From: Glaucostegus cemiculus
Lineage: Eukaryota
Direction of reading: 5' to 3'
Assembly: GCA_976551045.1 (NCBI GenBank)
Contig: CDPCPM010000050.1
Location: 15,562,001-15,626,000, forward strand
Length of the DNA: 64,000 nt
The notes beneath the pieces are model-generated. The model saw only the letters and a list, made by a program, of their open reading frames with translations, was not told where the DNA came from and searched no databases. Each line of letters opens with the position of its first letter. Within the stretch, counting starts at the first letter, position 1. This document shows positions 13,051 to 25,274 of the stretch, piece by piece. Position numbers and translations under genes: made by a program.

Positions 13051-14182
13051 CTTTTTCCTCCTTTTGTGTTTTAATGATATTTACATTGAAAAGAATGTTA
13101 GTTGACTTCACACCTGAGGAAAACAGTAGCAAGAATATATTGCATCATAGTTTTCTTTTATTGCCCCCCCCTTACCTCTTGAAGGCACTCATTGCGTATA
13201 AGATACAATGGCACTTTGTCCAGGTGATAATTTGTCATCCACATTCCCAAGGATGATAACGTAATCCAGCAGAGACAAGTCTGATTCTTTTTGCACAGAA
13301 TGTCCATGTCCATGTTCCAGCAAAGAAAAGTGGAAATATACAGAGCAACAACCTTGGGTGTTTCTTTTTAATTAAACCCTTCCAGACTCTGAGGAGCTAT
13401 CACAGTTTTTGCATGTTCATCTAATTCAGCAAAGATTGAGAATATATTTATTTTTTTATTAGTGTTCACAGGAAAAATATTGTCATATAACCAGGGTAAC
13501 AAGCCAGTCAAATGTCTTTACTATTTGATTATGCATTTTCAATGTAACCTACACTGTAAAACAAATATAGCAAAGGTACTAAAGGGTGTCAGTGGTCATG
13601 GAATTGCACTGGAACGTGCATCACACCCCATCCCACCACACCCCCTACTCCTTTCTCCTAGGGATTGTGATGCTTGTTGTAATCCAATTTCATGGCCATT
13701 GATTGCCCTCTGGTACGTTTGCCCAAGTGCCCATTTTTCATGTGTGTGTCAACGGTGAAGCCGAGATCCCTATTGGGTATTACATCCAACCCATTCCTAT
13801 TGGCAAACCATATTTTGAGGTTTCACTGCAGAGTGATTGAAAGTGAGAGCCCTGTTTGACTTGTTGCCCCCAACCAAGCTGTATGCTGTTTGATTTCATG
13901 TAATTTCACGTTATTCCTTTCTCACACATCTACTCATTTATGTTCTACATTAAACCTGTAAGTTGTACTTGTTAAAGTCGACTGGATGTGCATCTGGCCA
14001 ACTTGAACATTTGATTAGATGGTAACACTATTAAATGATATTGTAATTTGCTTAACGATATTAGATGTAAAAAATGGTTTTGGCTTTTATGACATTAGAA
14101 TTGTAAAGAAATTAGAGAACATATCTTGGTATATTTCACTTGGTTAAATTTGTGTTTCATGGTGGGGGGGATTGCACTGCAG

Positions 14183-15124
14183 GTGGCTACTGTGTCTGAG
14201 AAGTCTCGGATTATGGAATTAGAAAGGGATCTAGCATCGCGCACAAAAGAAGTTTCAGAGCTTCGACAAAGACTTGTGAGCATTGAAGTTTCTGGTAATG
14301 TGGACAGTGCACCTTTGTTGGAAGAAATTTCCTGCATGCGAGATAAGCTTGCAACAATGAGCAAAGAACATCAAAATGAACTTAAAGCATCGAAAGAAAA
14401 ACTTGAAACCTCAGAGGAAGATCACCAAAAGGTACTTCAGCAGCTGCAAGCTGCGACTGAAAAGGTATCCAAGGAGAATGTGACTCTCAAGTCCAAATTG
14501 GATCAAGCCACTACTGAAAACTCAGAGGTTATTAGTCTATGGAAAAGTAAGCTAGAGTCTGCAATAGAATCTCATCAGCAAGCCATGGAAGAACTCAAGT
14601 CTTCTTTCAGTAAAGGAGCAGATTCCCAAACCACAGAGCTTCTAGAGCTGAAAAGTAACTTTGAAAAGCTTAAAGCAGACCATCAAATGGAACTTGAGAA
14701 TATTAAAATACAGCATGATTTTGAAAAATCAACCTACCTTAAAAAAACTGAAGATTTAAAATCTCAGCTATCAGAAATCACTGTAGAAAAGGAGAAAGAT
14801 ATAGATAATCTGAAGTCACAACTGGAACATGCTACAAATCAACACCTGGTAGAAATGGAAGAGACTTTGACAAAACTACAGGAAGCCAAAGAGAAGGTAA
14901 AGGAATTGCAGATTTTGCAGTCCAAGAACAATGAACAGGCACAAATTGTAGAGGCATTAACAGCTAAAGTAGCAGCAGCGGAACAAAAGGTGATGGGTTT
15001 TGAATTGCTACAAGAAGTTGAAGCACAAGGTAGAGAAGAAATCAAAAGACTTGAAGAGAAGCTTGCAGCTGTTGAATCACAGTTGAAAATCAGTGAAGCT
15101 TTAAAGGTTTCTGAAGGGAGCAAG
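14183..15124 (+). CDS. CLIP1: CLIP1 large coiled-coil exon
   Basis: ctgcag|GTG; VATVSEKSRIMELERDL...LWKSKLESAIESHQQAMEELK...VSEGSK; AAG|gtatgt; 942 nt inside ORF 14126..15190. Confidence 0.95.
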
Positions 15125-16399
15125 GTATGTATATGCTTTTTCCTTTTTTTTACTTCAAAAGTTTTTTTTAAATCAAACATCATCTATTAAAATGACAATT
15201 TGTATAAATGAACCTCTAAAGTTTTTGTTAAATATTTTGTCCATTTAGTGCAGTTGGAAAGATATTTCCTTAAACATGACAATTTAAACATATTTTCTTC
15301 AATAGTGAAGCATAATGCAAAAGCTGAACTTTTGTTCAATTTGATTCATCAAATTTTAAATCAAAATCAAAAAGAAACATCCAAACCATGATATTAAGGC
15401 CCAGATTTTTCTTTCTGAGTGAATGTGATGTGTATTTTTTATGCAGGAAAGGATAGCTCTGACTTCCATTGATGTAACATTTTAAAATATCAGTTTGTCC
15501 CATGTTAAATCTGAATTAAAGAATTTCTGTGGAGGAGATGGTAAAGACCAAATAGTTCTCAATTTCTTTCAAGATCAAAATAATATCCACATGTTTCTAC
15601 AGACACTGGTTATCATAAGTAACACTTAAACTTGGCATTGAAACTGAGAGTCAAAACCATTTCTAATAGCAATTTGTGCATAGTGGAAGCCTTGTTTGTC
15701 CAGAATGAGAAGAGCATGATAGTCCACAAGTCCTTCTGTGTTCATGAAAATCATACTTGTGTAGGCTATGCTCATTATGTATTTGTTAATAGAGAAGTAT
15801 TTTGTTAAACATCAAAACTATAATGCAACAATCCACTATGGAGAACGTGCATCTTTGCTATCCAAGTGTGTGTGCACTTGCAAGCTGTTAAGGTTGTTGC
15901 TATTGTTGAAATTTAAACAAAACCTTGAATTTGCCAATAGTTACTTGGAAAAAGATTGTTCATCTCAATCTATTTAAGAATTGCATTAGCTCTTACCTTC
16001 ATGAAAACTGGTTATTCATGCTTTTTCATGTATAGCTATGCTAAATGTAAGCAAGGTTAACATTCTCAATTACATTGTACGTAAGTATCCATATTAATGC
16101 AATCATGTTATTGCGCACTTCTGAAGATTTACTTCCTTCAGATACATTATAATTTTGAGTAAGTTGTATATATTGAAATAATTTTTTGTTAGCAAAAAAA
16201 AATATTTAAATAAAAGTTCCTTTAATAAAAGCAGAAAATGCAGGAAATGCTTGAACAAATCAGGCAGTATAACAAAATTAGGATTTAAGATCACTGATCT
16301 TTCATCAGAATTAGGAAAAGGTGGAGATTTAAAATATTTTAATCAAATACAGATGAGGGAAAAAGGGTGAGCTGTGAAAGACAGAAGTTTAAATTAGAA

Positions 16400-17060
16400 T
16401 ATAAAACTAGGAACAGGAGTAGGCACTTAGCCCTTCTTGCCTGCTCCACTCTTCATTAAGATCATGATTTTCTACCTCACTGCCATTTTGTGGCACTTTC
16501 CCTATACCCCTCAGTGCCCTTAATACCAGAAATGTATTGATTTCTACTTTGAATGAACTCAATAACTTGCCCGCCACAGCCATCAAGGTAGAGAATCCCA
16601 AAGATTCACCACACTCTATGACAAAATTTCTCCTCATCCCAATCCTAAACAACCTGCTTCTTTATTCTGAGATTGTGACCCCTGGTTCCAGACTCCTCAG
16701 CCAAAGGAAAAGTCTACCCTGCATCCAGCATTTGAGCCATGTCAGAATGTTGTAAGCTTCAAAAAGATATCCCCTCGTGGAAGAAGTCTAGTGAATCTTT
16801 GATGCATTCCCATTTCAGTGGGTTTATTTTTTTTTAAATAAAGAGACCAAAAGGTTCAGTCTTACCAAGTCCCTATATAATTGCAGTGAGACAATTTTAT
16901 TCCTGTACTCAAATCCTCTTGTAATAAAGGCCAACATCCCTTTTACCTTCCCTAATCACTGACGGGACCTGCATCTTGGGTTTTGGTGACTTGTGCATAA
17001 GGATGTACAGATCCCTTTTGAATATCAACATTCTCTCACCACTTAAAATAAATACTCCTT
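16400..17060 (-). mobile_element. CR1-type LINE 3' end
   Basis: ggaacaggagtaggcacttagccc tail; ORF 16407..16652 (-) has FRIGMRRNFV..., typical of the CR1 ORF2 C-terminus. Confidence 0.7.
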
Positions 17061-17124
17061 GTTTTGTGCACCAAAATAACAAAACTTTTCTGCATAAATA
17101 ATGTTCAAAAATGGAGAAGTGTCA

Positions 17125-17460
17125 GAGAGATTCAGCATGGAAATCGACCCTTTGGCCCATCCAGTCCATACCGACCATCAACTACCCATTGATAATAATC
17201 CTGTTTTATTCTTCCTGGGTTTTCATCAACTTCCCCCCGCATTCTGTCACCCACCTACACACTAGGGGCAGTTTACAGTGACCATTTAACTGACCAATCT
17301 GCCCATCTTTGCAATGTGGAAGGAAACTGGGAGCACCCGGAGGAAGCTCACACAGTCACAGAGAGAACATGCAAACGCCACAAAGAAAGCACCCAAAGTC
17401 AGGATTGAACCCAGGTCTCTGGTGATATGAGGAAGCAGCTTTACTGGCTTGCACCCCTGT
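17125..17460 (-). mobile_element. V-SINE (HE1-like)
   Basis: Reverse V-core ggaaggaaactgggagcacccggaggaagctcacacagtcacagagagaacatgcaaac, reverse B-box ggattgaacc, CR1-like tail. Confidence 0.8.
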
Positions 17461-19251
17461 GATGTAGACAAAATCTACTCAAAGAACACCAGGCGGACAA
17501 ACACTTGCAACCTATCTCAATATTACCTGTTTCTGGCTTTAGCTGATTAGGCTGAGCTAGCAACTTGCATCAAGTTTTAAACTCCAGGTCTTCTCTTTCA
17601 TGTGGTGATCCTAGGCTCGTGCTACCAAACTAGCTCAGGATCCCTCATTATACTCCCTTTCTAGTTCTTTGTTTGGTCATAATTGTAGGCTCTGTACCCA
17701 CATGGGTGTAGTGTTGCTCAATACCCATTATTAACCTTAATCTCTTTTCTTGCAAATTTCTCGGGCATTTCCAACGTCTGAACTCAGACATGCATCTCCT
17801 TCCTAATTCAGATACTACTTATTATGTTTACTGATTTGTAGTCACCCGTCTAATCAAAGCTTGGATTTCTACTTGTACTGCTGTTGCTGCCTGTCTCTTG
17901 TTTATCATCTTTAGCCTGAGTCCTTCCCTCTCTTCTATCTATTTAAAACTGCCATTGTTTGTTCTATGTGTCCCTCTCTGACCTTCATACTTTGTTCTGC
18001 TGTCTCCTACTACATTTGTTTGTAATTGTCCCTAATTAGTAATAACTACATCAGGGAAATATTCATTCCCAGCCTGCTTGATTAACAGAGTTCACATACA
18101 GGTGGCTTAGCTGTAGACCCCACCCTGCTCCTTACCCCCAAGCAACTTTGCAACTCATGTTGCAAGGGAATTAGAGACCAATACTGGAACAAGGAACAAA
18201 AAATGGGTCAAAAGTCATCTTGAAGTTAGCAGGAAAATACATCCTTATTTGCGAAAGTTTGCCAATTTGAAATTTATCTTCATTTTTCTCCACAGATACC
18301 ACTTCATCTTCTGCTGATTTCCTGCTTTTTCTGTTTTTAAGATTTTTCAGGGCTAGTAGTATTTTATTTTAGTACTTGTTCTTGTTAACTCCTTTCTTGT
18401 TTGCAATACATCTTGTTAGGCGTCAGTTGGTTGTTGAAAGATAAATAGTTACAGTGACTGGGTAAACTATTCTAAGGTTATTGTGCTTTCTGTATCTATT
18501 TCACTGGGGGGGGCAGGCTGAGGCAAGTGATAGAATCTACACCACAGATCATTTCTGTGTTAGCTACTTGTCCACTGACTTTCCATTATCAAATTGTTTC
18601 ATGTTATATATTTGCGCTTGAAACTTATTGATTTATTCACACTTCCCATTTACATGTGTTATATTTTTGTAAATTAAAGCTGCAGTATTCAAGGTAAACA
18701 TATTTGATCTTCAATAAGGAAATAGTTTAATATAATGTGTAAAGGATTGTCAAATAATAAGATTTGGGGGAAATTTTCTTGGTTGTTCAGTCAACATTGT
18801 TGATGTTGACCAGCTTACAACATTAATGAATTGTGTAGAATCTAAGGAACATGTCTGCTGTTACAGATGTAATAAGGCTTAGAAATTTTTTTTCAGAAGT
18901 TATTTTTATATCTAATACATAAATCTATGGGAAAAGAAGTGTGTTATATAGATCAAAAAATGAGCTGATACATGAACTTAGCAGGTCAGGCAACATCTAT
19001 GGATTCCAGCATCTGCAGTCTCTTGTGTCTCTGCTCTATAGATGTTTTTATACTTGCCATACATACTTGTTAAGTCTCTTAAATAACTCAAATTTGATTG
19101 GTATAAAAATTTCAATCTGTTATTTTGCATATTGCAGCTTTAAATTTATATTATTTTTGAGTTTTGTTTTCTTGATTTCTATTGTTTCAACACATTTATA
19201 CCCTTCACTTTTATTTTTTTTGTTGCAATGAACTTGCGTACTTGTTACTAG

Positions 19252-19368
19252 GTTATTGATTTGGCCAAACAGCTTGAGGAACAAGATCAGTCAGTTGTTA
19301 ATCTGAAGCAAAGTTTGACTATAGTGAGCCAGGATAAACAAGCGTTCGAGCAACAACTGCAAACCATG
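19252..19368 (+). CDS. CLIP1: CLIP1 exon
   Basis: ttactag|GTT; VIDLAKQLEEQDQSVVNLKQSLTIVSQDKQAFEQQLQTM; ATG|gtaagt; 117 nt, phase 0/0. Confidence 0.88.
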
Positions 19369-19915
19369 GTAAGTGGCTCATTGCACTTCATGTTATGTAA
19401 CACAGAGTCTGTTTGAGGCAGGGTTGAGATACTCTACATAAGGTAGGTGCAACCTCTATCGTCAATGTTATCAAATATAAATAGTTGCCAGCTGACAAAT
19501 TTTATCTATTGTTTTCTGGTCAAATAATTAGGAGAACAATGCCGTGTACAATTACGTTAAGAGTTTATTCTGGTTTTGGCTCTTAAAATGCTTGTTGTAT
19601 GTGAAAAGTAGTTAACAATGTCTGAATTTGGGCACTAGAGTACTGGAGAAAGCATCTCACCTAGTTGATGAAAGCAAAAGTGGATCAGGAGTAAAACTTT
19701 CTGACTATTTTCAGTGGAAAGAAATTATCAAATCTTAACATCAATACAACATGATTAGTTTAAACATTACTGTATAAAGTAACTTCTAAACCATTGCAAT
19801 TTGTATTTCTTTTAATTTCCTCTGATCTTGAGCAGTGAAGGAATGCCATTAATTTATTGCCCTGGGATAAATTAACTATTGAAACCCGTTTAAAATGTGT
19901 TTCATGCACTTTCAG

Positions 19916-19973
19916 AAAGAAAAGTTTGATGGAGCATCAGAAGAACAATACAAATTGCAGCAAACATTGCAAG
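19916..19973 (+). CDS. CLIP1: CLIP1 exon
   Basis: ctttcag|AAA; KEKFDGASEEQYKLQQTLQ(E); AAG|gtaact; 58 nt. Confidence 0.9.
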
Positions 19974-20439
19974 GTAACTTGAAAGTTTAGTAAAACTAAT
20001 GGGTTTCTCTGATTGAACTTGCTACGTACCAAATACATAGCAATAGTAATGGTGCATGGAATTAATTAAAGGGAATATGGCGCATGGAGAAAAGCAGTGG
20101 GATAAAAGTAAGTTTTTTTAGACAAGAAAGATATGATAAATGATGTTATAAATTGTGTGAGGCTAAATGTGGGAGACAAAGAAACACCATGTAAGTTTGT
20201 TGATGCTCCTAGTGTATGGGTGAGGATATGCGCCAAAATTGGTAGAATTTTAACAGTAAAAGGAGGCATCTTGATATGCATTCATATGGTTATTAAGTGA
20301 TGGCAGTGTGAGAAATAAAGCTATTAAAGTGAAAACAATGTTTAATATGTAGAAATATAAATTACTTGTAATGTCAAACTTTCTAAGATCTGCAGGTAAT
20401 GTTGCCATTTTAAAAACTCATTTAATAAAGATCTAGAAA

Positions 20440-20770
20440 GCTTTAAAAAATGACCCAGATGAGATTCACTGGAATAGTAATGCAGAAAACCATTGACACT
20501 TACTAAAAGGGAGTCGAGAAATTAGAGCTTTTTAACAAGAAAAAAACATTTATAAAAGAGGTTAGTGAGAGTGTGGGATTCTGCACTACAGCTCATTGTT
20601 GCAGTCTAAATTCTTTTTACAGGGGATTTAGATTGGCTGGTAAAGGGTTAATATTTTACAGATATGCTAAGCAAGGAGGAAAGTGGAATTGGATTCTGCA
20701 GGTTTTGTTTAATAAAAGAATGGCATGGATTTGTTGGGGTTGTATGCTGTGATTCTTTGCTGGATCGTTA
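20440..20770 (+). mobile_element. CR1-type LINE 3' fragment, highly decayed
   Basis: cccagatgagattcactggaatag...gagaaattagagcttt...gaggttagtgagagtgtgggattctgcactacag. Confidence 0.45.
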
Positions 20771-21077
20771 TTCAGTGATTGTATCCTAGAATATCTAGCC
20801 ACTAGGATAAGTTTTGTCTCTGATTTTTCTGTATAGGACTTGCAGTGGACTAGCATGCTGAATGTCATTATACTGACTCTCGTATTAAGACAGTTGAGTT
20901 CCAGAAACTAGAATCTCATCCAGTATCACTAACCATCATGGTAGATGGAATTTTGGTGTGATTAAATTGTACAAATTCTGCTTGAAGCTTTCAAAAGGAT
21001 AATGGTTATCCCCCAAAATTCTGGTCTAAAATAGTTAATCTGTGGTCTTATACATTTCAACATATTTTCTTGATTAG

Positions 21078-21161
21078 AAACACTTGCAAAGCTCCTTGCA
21101 AAAGAAGAGCAAAACACTTCACTTTCTTCTGAGGTTGTGGAGCTCAAATCTCAGCTTTCTG
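21078..21161 (+). CDS. CLIP1: CLIP1 exon
   Basis: tgattag|AA; (E)TLAKLLAKEEQNTSLSSEVVELKSQLS; CTG|gtaagt; 84 nt, phase 1/1. Confidence 0.88.
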
Positions 21162-21289
21162 GTAAGTTATATTTTGAAATGCACTGAAATTCAATTTCTG
21201 ATGAGTTTATTTTGTAGAAAGTTTGAATCTTGACCCTGGATTGTGTATTTAGTCATTTAGAAATCAGGCTGGGTTATCATTCACCAGTA

Positions 21290-21890
21290 ACGCTCCTCTG
21301 CTACATTGATGATTGCATTGGTGCTGCTTCCTGCACCCGTGCTGATCTCGTCAGTTTCATCAACTATACCTCCAACTTCCATCCTGCCCTCATTTATTTG
21401 GTTAATGTCTGACACCTCTCTCCCCTTTCTGGAGACAGATTATCCACTGACATCTTCTACAACCCACTGACTCCCACAGTTACCTTGAATACACTTCCCA
21501 CCCAGTATTGTAGGGATGTTATCCCCTTCTCCCAGTTCCTCCATATCCGCCACATCTGTTCCCATGATGAGGCTTTTAATTGCAGGACGTCAAAGATGTA
21601 CTCCTTTTTTTTCAGTAAACGGGGTTTCCCTTCCACCATCATCAATGCTCACCTGTATCTCCTCCATTTTCTGTATGTCTGCCTCACTCCATTACCTCCC
21701 CCCCCCCCCCCCCCCCCCGGGCATAATGACATAACAGGGACAGGGTTCCCCTCATCCTCACCTACCACCCTCATCCAACACATCATTCTCTGCAATTTCC
21801 ACCACCTCCAACAGGATCGCACCACCAGGCACGTCTTCCCCTCTGCCCCCCACCCCCATCTCTGCTTTCCACAGGGATCGCTCTCCAAAA
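21290..21890 (+). mobile_element. Penelope-like retroelement RT fragment
   Basis: LLCYIDDCIGAASCTRADLVSFINYTSNFHPAL (YIDD catalytic motif), followed by CRDVIPFSQFLHIRHICS and QHIILCNFHHLQQD; frameshifted; C21 run at 21698-21718. Confidence 0.8.
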
Positions 21891-22320
21891 TGATGTTAAG
21901 AATGAGGGACTTCAATTACAATTATGTGAATATAATTGAGAAACTAGATTTATTCCACTTGCAACAAATGAAGTTGTAAAGAGATCCTGAAACAAATATT
22001 TAAAATCATGAAGAGTATAGACAAAGTAGACAGAGGGAAATGTTCCTATTGGTGGAGGAGTCGAGAGCTGGGGGATATAGAATGGAGGAGACTGGCAAAA
22101 GAACCAAAAGTGGTTTAACCAGTGAGTGGTTAAGGTATGTATGCACTGCAGGTGTAGTACTGGAGCATATTCAATTGTTGCTGGATAATTATCTGAAAGG
22201 AAATAACTTGCAGGGCTATGGGTAGGGTGTAATGGTGTGAGGACAAGCTGAATTGTTCTTGCAGAGATGTGGTACAGACTTGGTGGGCTATAAGCATTCT
22301 GTGATTTTTGTAAATCAACC
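21890..22320 (+). mobile_element. CR1-type LINE 3' end
   Basis: gagggacttcaattac...gagaaactagatttattccacttg...aaatcatgaagagtatagacaaagtagacagagggaaatgttccta...gcagggctatggg. Confidence 0.7.
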
Positions 22321-22674
22321 CAAGGAAAGTATGTTGTTCATTGACCTCAGTACAATCCTCTATTATTTTAGCAGGTAGGAGCTTATTAGTGGTAAATTAG
22401 GTTTCAATTTCCCCTTATCGAATCTGGAGGTATTCCCCTTAAGGGGTGGTGAAACTTAACCTAGATAGTACACTCTAATTTAGTGTAGGAATGATGAACC
22501 GAGATGACAATCCGTTGATGATGAGTCTCTGAACTTTTCACTCTGTATCAGGTAGATGACATCTTCATGGTACTTCTGTCCTTTCATCTTTGTTTTCTTT
22601 GACAAATGAGACCAATGGATCTCTGCAACTTTTTACTTGACAAAAAAGACAAATTAATCTATGTATTCACTTAT

Positions 22675-22930
22675 GATATGCAAGGATCACTGGTAAGGCA
22701 GCCATTTATTGCCCATTCCTAACAATCCTTGAGAGGCATAGTGAGCCAGCTACTTGAACTGCTGCAGTGGTCTTAGTGAAGGTGCTCCCACCTTGCTATT
22801 TGAATATGATGTTTGAAAGTTTAGACCCAATGATAATCAAGGACCAGCAGTATATTTTCAAGTCAGAATTGAAGACTTGAATGGGATCCTGCAGATAGTG
22901 GTGTTCCCTTGTACTTGATGCTCTTACCTT
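22675..22930 (-). mobile_element. LINE 3' tail (same family as 12590-13050)
   Basis: ggtaaggcagccatttattgcccattcctaacaatccttgagagg is the reverse complement of that family's tail. Confidence 0.6.
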
Positions 22931-23559
22931 TCTCATTGGGAGAGATATCATGGGTTAGAGTGGTACTCACAGAGAGGAAGAGAAGGGAAAGATTTAAAAA
23001 GCATGTAAGGATGCTTTTGAAAAAAGTAGATCGGGAGAAAAGGGACAGAGAGGGAGCAGTTTACCTGAAATTGGAAAATTCAAGGATTATGATGTCGAGC
23101 TGTAGACATATGGCTAGATATTATTGAGATAGGGTGGGATGAAGAAATAATTGCAAACAGATGAATTTACAAATTCACAAAGACAAACAGAACTAAGGAT
23201 TGTTGTGACTAAATTAAAGACCCACGTTTCATATTAGATACAATAATACATGTATAATTTAATTGCACAGTGGATAAATATTCATTCAAATATAAAAACA
23301 CTTAATGGATGTTTACAAATGTTTAATAATTGCTAATCTCTGTGGTACCAATTAAGAATATGTCTAACTTTTTCTTGGAAGTCTGCTCTTTTAATCTCCC
23401 AAAATATTTGCACACTTGAGGTTACCTCTAAAAGATATTTTGATTCTTGAGTTTTTAATATAACTTTCTTATTTTAATATATCTTTTTGTATGAACTTAG
23501 TACTAATTGCATTTATTGCTGATTACATATTTGTCTGTGATGGATTTTTCTTTCGTTAG

Positions 23560-23716
23560 CTATGGAAAGAAGAATTAAAGTTGAGGAGGAAAAGACTGAA
23601 CAATTAAACGGAGATAAAACCAAACTTGAGAACACCATCTCTGAGATGATGAAATCTTCAGGAGACAACTCTGCCCAGCTTACAAAGATGAATGAAGAGC
23701 TGAAACTCAAAGAAAG
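23560..23716 (+). CDS. CLIP1: CLIP1 exon
   Basis: ttcgttag|CT; [51 protein letters not shown](R); AAG|gtgcct; 157 nt. Confidence 0.92.
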
Positions 23717-24100
23717 GTGCCTTGAATGGAATGGTTTGCTTGTGATTTCAGTAATATTAATGTTGAACAGTGAATCAATCTTGATTTGAAAATGTCTATT
23801 AATGTTAAAATGTTTAGATGTTAATTTACCTTAAAACAAAGCTAACTGTTTTTGATATCCTGAAGAGAGGAGAATACAGTTAGATTTAGATGTGATTGCA
23901 GTGGATATAAATTGCATATTCAGGTTTGTGCATAGTTCGACTGAAAATGTGAGGGACTAAATTGACATGTGAACAACAATGTTGCTGATGGTAGTATTGC
24001 GCTTTCTGTGCTTTATAATTATATGGATTATCAGTCCTTAGATATTTTTACTATGGTTATATGGGGATTAATCAGGTGAAAATATTTTTTTCCACTTCAG

Positions 24101-24266
24101 GAGGCAGGATGAACTACAAGAACTGTTTCGTCAATCCAGTGAAAAGATTGCTTGTTTACAGGAAAATTTGGAGCAAGTCACAAATAAAGCAGAACAGATA
24201 CAAGAGGAGCAGCAGCAGAAACATCAGAATGAGCTCCAAACAATACTGAAGAAAATGACAGACCTG
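24101..24266 (+). CDS. CLIP1: CLIP1 exon
   Basis: cacttcag|G; RQDELQELFRQSSEKIACLQENLEQVTNKAEQIQEEQQQKHQNELQTILKKMTDL; CTG|gtacaa; 166 nt. Confidence 0.9.
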
Positions 24267-24457
24267 GTACAAACTACTATTTGAGCATTGCAAGCCAATG
24301 TGCCTCAAAAAATTATAATCTCTTCCTCTGTAAAGGAATATAGCGTGTGCTGTATTGTTCTATGGTTCTATTTCATTAAAAATACCTCCATTATTCACAG
24401 AACTTTATTAACTAACATCTCTAGCAGTTACTGTATAATTGTTATTATAAATTTTAC

Positions 24458-24690
24458 TTACAGCGTGGTAACATGCCCTTTCGGCCCAACGAGTCCACAC
24501 CGCCCATTTTAAACCCCCAAATTAACCTACCCGTATGTCTTTAGAATGTGGGAGGAAACCGGAGCACCCGGAGGAAACCCACGCAGACACGGGAAAACGT
24601 ACAAACTCCTTGCAGTCAGTGACGGGAATCGAACCCCAATCACTGGCGCTGTAACAGCATCGCGCTAACCGCTACGCTATCGTGCTGTCC
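24458..24690 (-). mobile_element. Young tRNA-derived V-SINE
   Basis: Reverse strand: A box TAGCGTAGCGG, B box GGTTCGATTCC, V-core CCCGTGTCTGCGTGGGTTTCCTCCGGGTGCTCCGGTTTCCTCCCACA; CpGs retained. Confidence 0.88.
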
Positions 24691-25058
24691 CGTGTATATT
24701 TATAACTATACAATTTAGGTCATTTAGGTGAAGGGATAATTCACTACTTGTGAATTAATGTATTAATTTGAATGTGGGATAGATTATTCTGATTAATATT
24801 CCCTCAGTTGTACAGCATTATGATGGCAGAAATTATTTTTGATGTAAATAATTAGACAAATTTATTGAATACCATAATTTTCTAATTATTAAAGTTTTAT
24901 GCACAATGTTCTTCTATATTGAAATTTTACCTTGAAATTAAGAAAGAAGCATTCCATTACATATTTATTTAGAGAAGTTATGTTGGATGTCAATGATGAC
25001 ATGTGACATTTTTGTGAAGGTGGAAGTTGCAAAAATTATTCTTTGTTTATTCCCACAG

Positions 25059-25274
25059 CAGCAGGAGGTGGAAATGCACAGCACACACGCTAAGGAAATG
25101 CAAAGCAACCATGAGAAAGTGGTTTCAGAAATAAATAGGAACAATGAAACTTTAGTGAAGGAGCTCAAGACAAATTTACAGGAAACCAAAGAAGCACTGA
25201 AGAACTCTCAAGAGAAGAGTAATCAAAGAGAAAAACGCATAGAAGAACTGAAGAAGCAAATGGAACAGGTCCAG
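25059..25274 (+). CDS. CLIP1: CLIP1 exon
   Basis: tcccacag|CAG; QQEVEMHSTHAKEMQ...IEELKKQMEQVQ; CAG|gtattc; 216 nt (72 aa, the same length as the recalled mammalian exon); tandem NAG acceptors make the start ambiguous by 3-9 nt. Confidence 0.88.

Noticed and set aside
14095-15183. Minus-strand ORFs overlapping the 942-nt exon (likewise 29188-30218, 3581-3844, 23513-23710, 47409-47621, 61445-61741)
   Set aside because: Antisense shadows of E/K/Q-rich coding exons.
21485-21979. 164-aa ORF with polyproline
   Set aside because: Chimeric read-through of a decayed Penelope-like RT into a CR1 fragment; the polyproline comes from a C21 homopolymer.
24615-24690. tRNA-like A and B boxes on the minus strand
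   Set aside because: Head of a V-SINE followed by the V-core; not a tRNA gene.
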